This document shows, piece by piece, positions 14,646-26,884 of a stretch of 64,000 bases of DNA. Position numbers and translations under genes: made by a program. The DNA comes from Squalus acanthias (Eukaryota): NCBI GenBank assembly GCA_030390025.1, contig CM059438.1, positions 59,584,001 through 59,648,000 of the forward strand. The letters run 5' to 3'. A model generated the notes under the pieces. It was not told the origin of the DNA. It saw nothing but the letters and a program-made list of their open reading frames with translations, and searched no databases. Numbering within the stretch: position 1 is the stretch's first letter; each line of letters opens with the position of its first letter.

Positions 14646-14954
14646 ACCACAGGAGGCTCTGCAGACCACATAGACAAATGGCAAGAGCCAAAGAGATTGA
14701 AAAACACTCGGCTTATGGGGAAGGGCTTCATCCCTCATTTTGGATAAAGGACAGTCACTACGAATAATTGACAGAGTCTCCAGCCTTGCCTTGAGCAGGT
14801 AGATAAAGTAGGAGCTGCAAGAAGGGCAGACAAAACTGCATCAGTGACTGACTACACCGTTGCTCCGTCAGCACGAAGACCCAACCTTTGACTATACAGC
14901 CCTGCGCAAACTACAGCATTCAATGGAAACTCATCACTGTTCTAATGGAAACAG
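14646..14954 (-). pseudogene. Putative decayed exon (downstream exon of minus-strand pseudogene)
   Basis: Strong acceptor ttgtttgtggttttgctctcag at 14955. Reading CFH*NSDEFPLNAVVCAGLYSQRLGLRADGATV*SVTDAVLSALLAAPTLSTCSRQGWRLCQLFVVTVLYPK*GMKPF contains stops. Confidence 0.45.
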
Positions 14955-15362
14955 CTGAGAGCAAAACCACAAACAATAGTGAAAGTACATAACTTGGTTA
15001 TATTCAAAGAATATAAAGCAATAAAGAAATGCTTCCCTCCTTGCAAGCGCAGTCACAGCGATGAAGCAATGCAAAACCTTTGTTTCCCTCCACCCCCGAG
15101 GATGAAGCATGTCTAGTGTACAGAAGTTAGACAATGTAAAGGCGTTGGCTCCCCCAACACAACCACACTGTATAGTTTAGGCAATACATAGCCTTCACCT
15201 CCCCAGCACAACCACAGTGACGTAGATTGAGCAATATATATCGTTCTTGTATTCTTCAGCAGCAAACCACAGAGACAAAGGTCAGTCATGGCAAAGACTT
15301 CACAGACTAGATTTTCCATTCGAGTTTTAGTGAGAAGACCACCCACACAGTAGTACACTCAC

Positions 15363-15438
15363 CTTTGCCCTCCCCGCATATTTCTGGTGTCAACAGCACT
15401 TCCATAATCTCAGGGGGGGCTCCCAGAATGGAAAACAC
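15363..15438 (-). pseudogene. Putative 76-nt exon (VFSILGAPPEIMEVLLTPEICGEGK)
   Basis: AG at 15440-15439 and canonical AAG|GTGAGT donor. Open frame, and its phase-0 start matches the phase-0 end of the 26537-26824 exon. Confidence 0.55.
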
Positions 15439-15450
15439 CTCTGATTGGGA

Positions 15451-15620
15451 ACATAAGAACATGAGAAATAGGAGCAGGAGGAGGCCATTCGGCCCTTCGA
15501 GCCTGCTCCGCCATTCAGTGAGATCATGGCTGATCTTCTACCTCATCTTCACCTTCCTGCACTATCCCCATATCCCTTGATTCCCTTAATATCCAAAAAT
15601 CTATCGATTTCTGTCTTGAA
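15451..15620 (-). mobile_element. CR1 3'-end fragment
   Basis: Reverse complement of the CR1 3' UTR/tail (GGGCCGAATGGCCT...CTATTTCTCATGTTCTTATG), as at 36565 and 31500. Confidence 0.85.
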
Positions 15621-15739
15621 GCTTGCCCGTTGTTGAGTGGAAAATTGTATACTGTCGCAGGATTTGAAAAACTGCAGCTGCTTAAAGGGGGAGTCATTGT
15701 GGTTTGCAAGGCAGAGCCCTCTGTTTGGAAATACACCTG

Positions 15740-15975
15740 CAAGCATGTTCAGCAGGGCACAGAATGCCAGGTTTCTCTTGTGGAGCCATAGAAATTCTGA
15801 TGGAGGAAACAAGCACAGGAAGGGTCTCGCATTGGGCTGAGGTGCTGCAGGACTCCCAGGAAGCTGCCCAACAAGAATGATAGGAGGTGGCTCCCAGCAT
15901 CAATGAGCAACATACTGCTTCCCTGGAGGCAATGTAGGAAGAAATATAATGACTGAACCAGGTCAGCCAAGGTAA
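15740..15975 (+). mobile_element. PIF/Harbinger Myb/SANT-like accessory ORF, decayed
   Basis: Broken reading ARFSCGAIEILMEE...EVA..IN...WRQCRKKYND*TRSAK followed by a GT donor, typical of the Harbinger Myb-like protein. Confidence 0.65.
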
Positions 15976-18009
15976 TAGAGCCTGTTGTTACCTTCCATTA
16001 ATTCAGTGCACTCGGCATTTATGATGCTTCCAATTACCTTCCCCTCGCGCTGCCTTAAATTAGTTTTGATGTTTGCCTGGAATGCCCACTTGTACACTTA
16101 GCACCACCAGCCTTGCATTCAGGCCAAAGAAATCGTCCATCCAATGTAGCTGCATGATGTCATGTCATCACACTCGATGGGCTGCATACAAACAGTTGGT
16201 GTCACTGTGAATCATCATGACAGTGCAACCTCTCACTTTTTTGACTACTGAAGGAGCAGGAAGGCTTCAGGGTTCATGCTAACCATCATGTCCCACTCTT
16301 CCTTCTCATCTGTTCTCTTATTCACTCACTGTCCACAAACCAGTTGGAAGCTGGATGTGAAGGCATTTCATAAGGATATTACTGTAACATCTTTTCCTCT
16401 TCTCTTTCTGTAATTGTGTCAGAGAACGCCAAGCCAGGGTCCAGGGAGACTTCACAGTGCACGCCGTCACTCATTCTGCTCCTTCCAAGTACCAGTTCAG
16501 ATATAGCCACCTGGGGCGATTGAGAGAGTGATATATAGAGGAGTGCACTGTGAAGAGAAAGAGCATGAGCAGCTGGTAGTTATACAGGAGGCACAGGAAC
16601 CTCCTGGCTGGAGGGCCAGTTCAGTGCATTCCTTGGCTGATGAGCCTTGACATCACTGATCCTGCTTTCAAAATGGATGTCTTCTGAAAATCATGCATTG
16701 CTGCAGTTATTGGTGAACATGTCAAGTAGATGGCAGGTTGTATGGAGGGAACCACTAGTCACATGGGCATAGCCTTGTATATTGATATCACAATGCTGCA
16801 GTCCACTTTGGAGCATGTGGCAGCTCCAGGGATATCTACAGCAGAGTCCCCATGGCCAATCGATGATTGTCCCATGAGGGTTCAGGCTGCTGTCATAGAG
16901 GCCTGGTATTTCAGAGCTATCGCATCCGGCCTTGACAGGCTTGGAGATCAGCCACAGAGAACCTGAGGCAGGACGTCACTGGTATTAGTGGTGCCATTAG
17001 CTCTGTTGTCTCATCGATCAGTGACAATGGTGAGCTAGTGCCCAGCAGCAGAGGCATGGCTGGAATGGGAACAGATAATGGCGCTGTTTCTCAGGGCGGC
17101 AACACTCTGGGTCCCTCTCCCTCCAGCCCCCTTTGATGGCTGCACAATTCACAAAGCAGGCAGGACCAGCCTGCCTTCCCATTGCGGAAGTGCTGAGCCT
17201 GAACCATCGTAGGACTCAGCAGCCTGGAGACAGGACCACCTCAATCCCAGGGCTTTCATATGCACACGTCATAACTACTGCCACTCAGGCGGTACTCGAG
17301 ACGAAGCACGAGAGTACTTACATCACACATTATTGCTAAGGGGAACCAGCATTAAGCACTCACATACATGACATGTTTGGTGAGTGAAAATCTGGTTGCA
17401 CTGTGGTTGTTGTGCTTGGAGAGAATATTCTTCTAAAGGTTTCATCAGATGTTAGGAATGGGATATTTGTCTGTTGCCTGGGAGATTTATGACACTGTAG
17501 GTGAGACGTATTTATAGAGGGCACAGGTGTACACAGGACTGTTAATGTAATGGCCACATTTGCAAGTTAAGAGAATTGAGGCAGTTTTCATGTTCTACAG
17601 CCCCATTTGCGCTTGAAAACAGGGCAGTAATGGGACCAAACTAGCACATGCAATGGAAGCACCAGCTTACCGACTGCAGCCAGACCTCGATCCAAGTGGC
17701 CAGAGCTCCTGCCAGATCCAGATGGGAGCCTCATTAACATATGATACTTGGGGTCAAATGATGTTGTTGCGATCTCCAACTCCATTTTAGTCTCTGCCCC
17801 CATTGCTACCACCAGTTCCTGCTTCCACCCACAAACCATGGCCAATACAGGCTGGAAAGGGACCATCTCCAGCAATATCTAAAAGGATTCTCAGCCGCTC
17901 TCAGGTAAAGCAGTAGAAAGTTTTGAGAGACATTTTTCTTGTATTAGAGAGTGGAGTTTTGCTGCTTAGATCTGTAGTTGCTACTGAACCTTGTGAACTC
18001 TGCAGAGAC

Positions 18010-19080
18010 TTCTGGCAGTGTACTTATTTCTTCATAGGGTCAGTCTGGGAATCTCACACTGGCAGAAGCAGGAGGAGCAGTTGGAGGAGGGAGAAAACAG
18101 CTGTAGCTGCAGGAATCCCTGCTCCTCAAACAGAGTTTATAGGCCCGGGATAACATACCTGCAGTTCTGTCAGGAGCAGTGTGTAAGGAGACTTATTTCT
18201 CTGCAACGCTGTGACAGAGTTGTGCCACTTTCTGCAACAAGACCAAATGCCACAGCATTGCCTGTTGCAGTCAAGCTCACTGCAGCCCTCAACTTCTTCG
18301 CCTCCAGCTGCTTCCAGGCTGATATCAGCATCAGTCAATCTGCATTTTGTGCTTGCATTAAGCAGATTAATGATGCCATGTTTTCTAGAGCAAACACTTT
18401 CCCCACGGACATCCGGTGGCAGCAGGATCGGGCTCCGGGGTTCCCACAGATTGCAGGATTCCCCAAGTCCAGGATGTCATTGACTGTACCCATGCTGCCC
18501 TGCGGATTCCTTCACACAACCCGCGGCCTTCATGAAATGGAAGGGCTTCCACTCCGTTAATGTGCAACTGGTGTGTAGCCACCAGCATTGCATCATGCAG
18601 GTCTGTGCCTGCTTTCTTAGCAGCTGCCATGACACATTTATATTGCCTCAATCCTCCATCTCCTCATTCTTTGCCTTTGCACAGTGAGAGGCCGGCTGCT
18701 TGGGGACAAGGGCTATCCCCTACACACTTGGCTCATGACTCCTCTCAGTATTCCATGCTCGACAGCCAAACTGGGCTACAATCAGATCCATGGGTCAACT
18801 ACAGCCTTATCGAGCAGACCGCTGGAATTGTCAAGCAATGATTTTGAAGACTGGACAGGTCTGGTGGCTTCCTGTAATACAGCCCACAAAGATTGTCCTG
18901 TATGATGGTGGTTTGCTGTATGTTACATAACTTTGCTCTGCAATGAGAACAACACATGGAACTACCACTGGACAAGGACCTTCAGTATGATAAGGCAGAG
19001 GATGCTGATGACATAAAGGATAGCGAGGAAGCAGGAGAGGTCTAAGAGTTGCCTGCAGCCAGAGCTCTTCAGCAGTAGTT
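18010..19080 (+). mobile_element. PIF/Harbinger DDE transposase remnant (HARBI1-like)
   Basis: Frameshifted motifs [67 protein letters not shown], acidic tail. Confidence 0.85.
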
Positions 19081-19129
19081 CATTGAACAGAACTTCAGCT
19101 CAACAATCTATGCTCCCCTGCATTAATAA

Positions 19130-19560
19130 CCATCACCCCTTGACATTCAACGGCACTACCATCGCCGAATCCCCCACCATCAACATCCTGGGGGTCACCA
19201 TTGACCAGAAACTTAACTGGACCAGCCACACAAATACTGTGGCAACAAGAGCAGGTCAGAGGCTAGGTATTCTGCAGCGAGCATCTCACCTCCTGACTCC
19301 CCAAAGCCTTTCTACCACCTACAAGGCATAAGACAGGAGTGTGATGGAATACTCTCCACTTGCCTGGATGAGTGCAGCTCCAACAACACTCAAGAAGCTC
19401 GACACCATCCAGGACAAAGCAGCCCGCTTGATTGGCACCCCATCCACCACCTTAAACATTCACTCTCTCCACCATCGGCGCACTGTGGCCACAGTGTGTA
19501 CCATCTACAAGATGCACTGCAGCAACACGCCAAGGCTTCTTCGACAGCACCTCCACACGC
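19130..19560 (+). mobile_element. CR1-group LINE, RT C-terminal fragment of a distinct family
   Basis: ORFs 19083-19331 and 19341-19571 (ILGVTIDQKLNW, MEYSPLAW, LDTIQDKAARLI). Confidence 0.8.
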
Positions 19561-20640
19561 CTCATGGTTGACTGCAGTGTCGGTGTCATACACCAGAACC
19601 CCACACAGGTTGGTAGTGGACTCCTGCACACTCTGCGACATAGCGGCAGTTCCCTGACAGGCAGCTCAATGCATTGAGCAATTTCTGGTGTGCAGAAAGC
19701 ACATTTCTTTTAAAGAGTGGGCCCCTAAAGACTGCACCTCTATTCTCTTCAGCAGAGCTTGGAGACAGGATGGCCCGCTGGTGAGCTGTGTCTTGGGCTG
19801 TGCCTCCATCTGCACCTCCTCCTACTCACCTGTGCCTAGTGAATCACCCAGTGCCTAGTGAATCACCCAGTGCAGATCCCTCTAACTCACTAGCTAACAC
19901 CACATGGAGTGCTGGAGCTTAGCAGGGTAAGAGTGCATCTTTTGGAGGGTTCTCCTTCTCAGTCTGTGTGACTGCAATGCTTGAGTCGTCTGATTGACAG
20001 AGAAAAGGGAGAGGGACAAGAGTTAGCATGTAATGGCAGGTGTAAGCAGTAGCAGTTTAGTGGCAGTGCAATGCACTACCAGGTTGTCATACTGATTGTG
20101 TGACTGTGCGAGGGTGTAACTGAGAGTTTAAAGTACAAAGTTAAAGGAAGGGAAGATTTCTGATCCTGCGTGACCTTTGTCTGCCAATAATGTTGATAGT
20201 GGCTCCTTAAATTGGTGTCAGTGTCTGCAGTGGCAGGGCCTCCTCCTGTACTGGTTGTCTCCCTCCTTTTGTGTGCCATCTTCTGCAAAAAGAGTGGAAG
20301 TGCATTAATATGTGCCACTTTTAAGGATTTTCAACATATATGAGGCACTTAGCATCGTGTGTGTGATGACAGGAAGAAGCAGTGACTGAGGCTCAGAGGA
20401 GGCAGTAGTTACTCTGAGGGCAGTAGCAAGTTTTGAGGGCGTGAGTGCAGGTAGAAAGGAGAGGCAGTGAAGAGTTCCCTAATGACTTCTAAGGAAGGAT
20501 TTCTAGCACTGAGGCTACAGTAGGATCCTGCAGGACTGTGCAGAGAGTCTGAGAGATGTGACCTTGACAGCCCTGGTCAGATCATTGCATTTTGTTTGGC
20601 ACTGCAGCCAAGTCCAGGTGTCATTGATAGTTTCTGCTAC
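19560..20640 (-). mobile_element. PIF/Harbinger Myb/SANT-like ORF remnant (second element)
   Basis: Minus strand 20640-20560 reads TWLQCQTKCNDLTRAVK|gt. A second piece near 20280 reads QKMAHKRRETTSTGGGP. Confidence 0.6.
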
Positions 20641-20779
20641 ATAATCGACAAGTTGTCAATTGGGAGCGTATTTTGTGCTGTTAACAATTCGGCTTGACCA
20701 TGAAAATGGCCTGTTGACTCCTTCAGGCATGTCCACCACCCGCCCAATTTACGCTCCACTTGAAAATCGTCCCCAAGGT

Positions 20780-21650
20780 CTCCTGTACGAAAGCTTCATG
20801 AATAGTTCTTGCAGTTGGCATCAGCTTCTGTTCCACAGCCTCCTCAGGCTCCCCTTGCAGTGCCTGGGGGCCTTGTACAGGCTGTAAAGCACTACTATGA
20901 AACTCTTTGAAACATTTACAGGGTTGACTTGCAGGACTTCCCCCAGATCTATCCATGCACCTGAAGTGCTGCTTCAATCAGCCAAGTGTGTGCTCAATGG
21001 TCCATGCACACACATCTTTGTTACATCTGTGCCCAGCTGATGTACTGGAACATTGCAGAGTTTTCCGGAGCCCTGGCTCGAGAGGAAAGCCATGACTGCT
21101 CAGCAGGCTTGCTTGTTTGGGTTGAAATATTAGTGGAACCATGGACTGCCTTAATATGAAGGCATTGTGACAAATGCTTTGGAAACAACCATTGACTTGT
21201 GCAAATCAAGTGCTGATGCTTACAAACGAGCTGGACATTCCTCGACTGGAATCCTTTGCGATTCATATCAGTAGTGGCACTACATGGAGCACGCCGGGCC
21301 ACAGGGGTTCAATCTAGAATTCACGAGACCTTCGGGAATCCTGCCATTGGGTAATATTGCACAGCCCTCTCTTGCTGCTGTGGGTTATCCATGAAGAAGA
21401 AGATGAAATAGCTCGTTCGAGCAAACACTTGCTTTATTTATCTGTGTACTGCATATTGACTAATGCGGGTGATGTCTTCAGTGGCACCTGGGCATGATCC
21501 AGAATCACAGACATTAAGGGCTGTTGTAACCTTCACAGCCCCTGGCAGTCCTGTACCTGTGGATGAGTTTGGCTGCAAGCCACTTTGGCACATGTGGCCC
21601 ATTCAGTCACAGCCTCCCTTGTGAATCGCAACCTGCACAAGCACTGCCCG
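20780..21650 (-). mobile_element. PIF/Harbinger DDE transposase remnant
   Basis: NRKGFQSRNVQLVC (ORF 21021-21302) and IEHTLG*LKQHFRCMDRSGG (ORF 20723-20977). Confidence 0.8.
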
Positions 21651-21666
21651 CTGATAGTGGGAGACA

Positions 21667-23250
21667 CATAGAGTCACACAGAATCTACAGCACAGGAACA
21701 GGCCATTCGGCCCAACTAGTCTATGCCGGTGTTTATGCTCCACACGAGCCTCCTCCCTCCCTACTTCATCTCACCCTAGCTACATATCCTTCTAACAATA
21801 GAAACTTACAGCACAGAAGGGGGCCATTCGGCCCGCCGTGCCTGCTCTGGCTCTTTGAAACTGCTGTCCAGTTTCGTCCCACACCCCAGCTTTCTCCCCA
21901 TAACCCTGCAAATTAGTTCTCTTCAAATACATGTCCAATTGCCGTTTGAAAGTTACAATGGAATCTGATTCCCCCACTCTTTCGGGCAGTGCGTTCCAGA
22001 TCATAACAACCCTGTATGAAATAATTTCTCCTATTTTCCCCCTCTAGTTCTTTTGCCAATTATTTTAAATCTATGACCTCTGGTTATCGAGCCACTTACC
22101 AGTGAAAACAGTTTCTCCCTACTTGCTCTATCAAAACCCCTCATAATTTTGAATACCTCGATTTAAATCTCCCCTTAACCTTCTCTGTTCTAAGGAGAAC
22201 AATCCCAGCTTCTCCAATATCTCCACATAACTAAAGTCTCATTGAAACGTATAAAATTCTGACAGGGCTAGACAGACTGGATGCAGGGAGGATGTTTCCC
22301 CTGGCTGGGGGGTCTAGAACGAGGGGTCACAGTCTCAGGATATGGGGTAGGACATTTAGGACTGAGATGAGGAGAAATTTCTTCACTCAGAGGGTGGTGG
22401 ACCTGTGGAATTCTCTACCACAGAAGGCTTGGAGGCCAAGTCACTGAATATATTTAAGAAGGAGATAGATAGATTTCTAGACACAAAAGGCAGCAAAGGG
22501 TATGGGGAGAGAGCAGGAATATGGTATTGCGATAAAGGATCAGCCATGATCATATTGAATGGCGGAACAGGTTCGAAGGGCCGAATGGCCTACTCCTGCG
22601 CCTATTTTTCTATGTTTCTTCTATGTTTCTAAGTCCCTCAACCCTGGTATGATCCTGGTAAACCTCCTCTGTACCCTGTCCAAGGCCTTGACATCCTTCC
22701 TAAAGTGTGGTGCCCAGAATTGTACACAATATGCCAGCTGAGGCCTAACAAGTGATTTGTAAATGTTTTGCATGACTTCCTTGTTTTGTATTCAATGCCT
22801 CTATTTACAAAGCCAAGTATCCCATATGCTTTCTTAACTGCCTTATCAACTTGCCCTGCCACCTTCAAGGATTTGAGAATATGCACCCCCAGGTCCCTCT
22901 GCTCTTGCACCCCCATCAAAATAGTACCATGTAGATTATACTTTTATTCCTGTCTCCATTATTACTTATCTAGCTGCCCCTTAAATGCATCTATTCACCT
23001 CAACTATTCCATGCAAGTTCCACATTCTAACCACTCTCTGAGTAAAAGAGTTCTTTTCTGAATTCCTTATTGGATTTATTAGTGACTATCTTATGTTTAT
23101 GACCTCTAGTTTTGGACTTCCCACAAGTGGAAACATCTTTTCTACGTCTACCCTATCAAACTCCTTCATAATTATAAAGACCTCTGTTAGGTCACCCCAC
23201 AGGCTTCTCTTTTCCAGAGAAAAGAGCCCCAGCCTGTTCAGTCTTCCCTG
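21667..23250 (-). mobile_element. Three nested CR1 3' fragments
   Basis: Outer minus copy 21667-21792 plus ~22950-23250, middle minus copy ~21795-22935, inner plus copy ~22238-22630 with its own tail. Host sequence resumes on each side. Confidence 0.8.
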
Positions 23251-23813
23251 ACAGTAATTTCCTGATAGGTGTGCCCATCTCAATCTCTCAATGTAGGTGT
23301 GAGGGGACTGTCAGGTGGGTGTAACCAAACTTGCCCAGGATCTCTCCTCTTCGTCCTCCAAAAAGCACAATACCGGGGAATTCCCATGGGGACACTCATT
23401 GTGGGATGATTAATGAGGTCAGGACAAAACGTCATGGCCCGACATGTGCCTCAGAGGGGTACCGGAAAGCTGCAGTGACAAGAGCAAACTAAATTCTGCT
23501 TACAGTCTTGTAGCAGGAATGTTGGGCAGTTGCATGAAGAAAATGAAAAATGCAACTGGGACCTCATTACCATATGCACATGATTAAACTAGCGGGCACC
23601 GCTGTCACCAGAGCAAAACACTGACGGAAAAATGGTAGTGTTATGGTTCCCCGTCCTGAATTCTGGTACGTTTCACCCAATTGCTGCCCGTTTTTGGGTG
23701 AATCCAATTGGAAAATCAGGGTGGAGAGCCATATCTCTTACAGTACCAAGTGCAGGGATATAGGTTGGGCAACGCTTGGCCTCAACCGGCCGCTAATAAC
23801 AAGGTTACCTAAA

Positions 23814-25325
23814 GGGGAATTTTAACCACAAAAAACGGGAGGCTTGGGGTCAGGTGGGAGGTGAAAGTGTTAAAAAACTGAATCCCAACCCCAACCTGCC
23901 TCCAACTCGCCCACTCGTTTTAACGGAGGCAGGACAGGGTGCGGGCAGCCAACCCACTCCCAGGAAGCAGGTCGCCCATTTAAATATTATAATGAGGCTG
24001 GCGAGCCTCAGATTTAACCACCATTATAAATTTAACTCCGGCTGTTCGGGTTTCTCAGGCCGCGGGGAACTCACCAGCTAAAGTAAGACGAGGACTGCTG
24101 GATCCAGGAGGTAAGAGCCGTTCCACTTACCTCCTGGATCAAGTGGTCCTGCCTCACCCACCCCCCACAATCAGAGACACCCCACGAGGCCTCTGATCCC
24201 CCCACGAGGCCTCTGATTTCCCCCACACCAGAGGCCTCCGATCCCTCCCAATGAGGCTTCCGATTCACCCCCCACCAGAGGCCTCCGATCCCTCCCAATG
24301 AGGCTTCCGACCGCCTTCCCTGACTGCACCCCCCCAGGACCGAAGCCCCGATCCTTTCCCCTCACCCCCCAACCACTGCACCAGCCCCGATCCTCTCTTC
24401 TCCCCCCGATCCTCCAGGCCCGATCCTTTCCCCTCACCCCCCAACCACTGCACCAGTCCCGATCCTCCAGGCCTGATCCTTTCCCCTCACACCCCCAACC
24501 ACTGCACCAGTCCCGATCCTCTCTTCTACACCCCGATCCTTTCCCCTCACCCCCCAACCACTGCACCAGTCCCGATCCTCTCTTCTACACCCCGATCCTT
24601 TCCCCTCACCCCCCAACCACTGCACCAGCCCCGATCCTCTCTTCTACACCCCGATCCTCCAGCCCCGATCCTTTCCCCTCACCCCCCAACCACTGCACCA
24701 GCCCTGATCCTCTCTTCTACACCCCGATCCTCCAGCCCCGATCCTTTCCCCTCACCCCCCAACCACTGCACCAGTCCCGATCCTCTCTTCTCCCCCCGAT
24801 CCTCCAGGCCCGATCCTTTCCCCTCACCCCCCAACCACTGCACCAGTCCCGATCCTCTCTTCTACACCCCGATCCTTTCCCCTCACCCCCCAACCACTGC
24901 ACCAGCCCCGATCCTCTCTTCTCCCCCCCGATGCTCCGGCCCCGTTGCTTCCCCCACCCCACCCCACCCCCACCGATGCTTCTCTGACCGGCCTTGATGC
25001 TTCCCACCCCTGCCCCGATCATCCTCCCCTCGGCCCCGAACCTCTCGTACCCCTCCCCCGCTCCTCCTCTGGCCCCCGACCACCCTCCGGCCCCCACCCG
25101 ATCGCTCCCTCCCTCCTCTCTGCGGCCTAGTGCTGCATGCCAACCTGCCCGCAGCCAGCCAGCCTCTCCAGCTGGCTGTCTGCGGGTGGGAAACAGGCCT
25201 TTGAGATGCAAATCCGGCCCTGCCGTTACATTCGGCGGGGCCTGTGGGAAACCCGTTCTTCTGGGTTTCCCGGCCGCTTTCTAGCACCCCTGCTCCCAAC
25301 CCGCCTCCAGATTAAAATTCCGGCC
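23814..25325. mobile_element. MITE-like non-autonomous DNA transposon with internal C-rich minisatellite
   Basis: Ends GGGGAATTTTAAC ... GATTAAAATTCCGGCC form an imperfect TIR. Compound repeats at ~24160-24920. No coding capacity. Confidence 0.55.
24340..24920. repeat. C-rich compound minisatellite (CCCGATCCTTTCCCCTCACCCCCCAACCACTGCACCAG modules)
   Basis: About 9 repeated modules built from CCCGATCCT sub-units. Confidence 0.9.
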
Positions 25326-25326
25326 A

Positions 25327-25725
25327 TAGAGTCTATGGCACAAAAACAGGCCATTCAGCCTGCGTTTATGCCTCCTCCCACCCCTTTTCATCTAACCCTA
25401 TCATAACAGCATAACTTCTATTCCTTTCTCTGTGCTTATCAAGCTTCCCCTGAAGTGCACCTATGCTATTCGCCTCAACCACTCCATGTAGTAGTAGGTG
25501 CCGTTTCTCACCACTCTTTGGGTAAAGAAGTTTCTCCTGCATTCCCTATTGGATGTATTAGTGACTATCTTATATTTATGACCCCTAGTTTTGGACTCCA
25601 CCAACAAGTGGAAACATTTTCTTTACCTCTACCAAACAAACCCTTTCGTAATCTTAAAGACCTCTATCATGTCACCCGTCAGCCTTCTCTTTTCTAGAGA
25701 AAAGAGCCCCAGCCTTTCCTGACAA
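25327..25725 (-). mobile_element. CR1 3' fragment, same family as the outer copy at 21667-23250
   Basis: Shares CAAGTGGAAACAT...AGAGAAAAGAGCCCCAGCCT with 23120-23235. Confidence 0.75.
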
Positions 25726-26002
25726 ATATTGGGTAATGCAAGGCCTTCACTTCCCTTAGCAACAAGCATAGTAACAGAGGTTGAGCAAAGCAAGGCCCTC
25801 CCCTAGCAAGCAGAGAGATACCACGTAAACAATGCAAATTCCTCAGGTTGCCACAGCAGGAAACATCCAGTCAGACAGGTTTTGCAAGAACGGAACAAGT
25901 TTGAAGTAAACTTTTATTACATAGTGTCAGTGACCTTTAATCATTTTAGGCTATATAATGTTGAAATGGAAGAGTGACGTACGACATGCTTACAATCTGA
26001 GA

Positions 26003-26521
26003 GTACACTGTTCCACGGAAGCTCAGCGTAAGCTCGAGGAACAGCACCTCATCTTTCATTTAGGCACCCTACAGCCCTCTGGACTCAATATCGAGTTCAA
26101 CAATTTTAGATCATAACCTCAGCCCCTATCACATTTATATATATTTTTTTACCCACCCTTTTGTTTCCCCCCCCTTTTTTTTCTCCCAGAAGCTGGCAGC
26201 TGTCCTTCATTCTGCCAGTGCATTTCACACTTCATTTAGCCTCAACCTGTCACATCAACATCTCCTCTTGCCTTGAATATCTCTTAATGTCTCTCAATGT
26301 CTCTTAATTCTCTCCTTTTGTTCTTTCATCCCCTCCCCCTTTTCCCAGCTTTATCCTTGCCTTAAATCTATTTCATTTCCTGCTTTTTCCAGTTCTGACG
26401 AAAGGTCTTCGACCTGAAACGTTAACTCTGTTTCTCTCTCCATGGATGCTGCCTGGCCTGCTGAGTTTTTCCAGCGTTTTCTGTTGTTATTTCGGATTTC
26501 CAGCATCCGCAGTATTTTGCT
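26003..26521 (+). mobile_element. Penelope-like element 3' fragment (GIY-YIG C-terminus + pLTR)
   Basis: HCSTEAQRKLEEQHLIFHLGTLQPSGLNIEFNNFRS* followed by a pyrimidine-rich UTR containing a hammerhead core. Confidence 0.85.
26391..26427 (+). ncRNA. Minimal type I hammerhead ribozyme
   Basis: AGTT-CTGACGA-A-AGGTC-TTC-GACCT-GAAA-C-GTT-AACT: intact core, stem II, stem I AGTT/AACT and palindromic ACGT stem III. Confidence 0.85.
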
Positions 26522-26536
26522 ATCGAATGTATTTAC

Positions 26537-26824
26537 AGCATTGTACTCTACATTCACTTTAACTCCCCTGTTCCCAAACCAATTAAGTCGCGGATAAGCC
26601 ATGGATTGAAGAAATGCCTTACGAGACATCAAGCTCACTCCTTCCGTCAATAAATCGTAAAAGGTTTCATTTTTAATTCAACGAATAGGTGGGGTCTTTT
26701 GATACAAGATCAAATTGGAATGTTGTTTCAAACTGGAATGCTGCTTGTACGACTTTTGGAGTGATGAATTGCTGATGTCTGGGTAAGGCTCTGTATCCTG
26801 CCCAGGCCACACATCTATTATGTG
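26537..26824 (-). pseudogene. Putative exon with one frameshift
   Basis: Acceptor ctgtcctgcag and donor GCT|gtaaat. Reads HNRCVAWAGYRALPRHQQFITPKVVQAAFQFETTFQFDLVSKDPTYSLN, then frameshift, then KNETFYDLLTEGVSLMSRKAFLQSMAYPRLNWFGNRGVKVNVEYNA. Confidence 0.65.
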
Positions 26825-26884
26825 CTGCAGGACAGTTGGGTGTGAAATAAGGCTACATCATTCCCCTATGTGAGTTTACTACTA

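Noticed and set aside
18018..18560. Host HARBI1 gene
   Set aside because: Multiple frameshifts and an adjacent Myb-like remnant indicate a transposon fossil.
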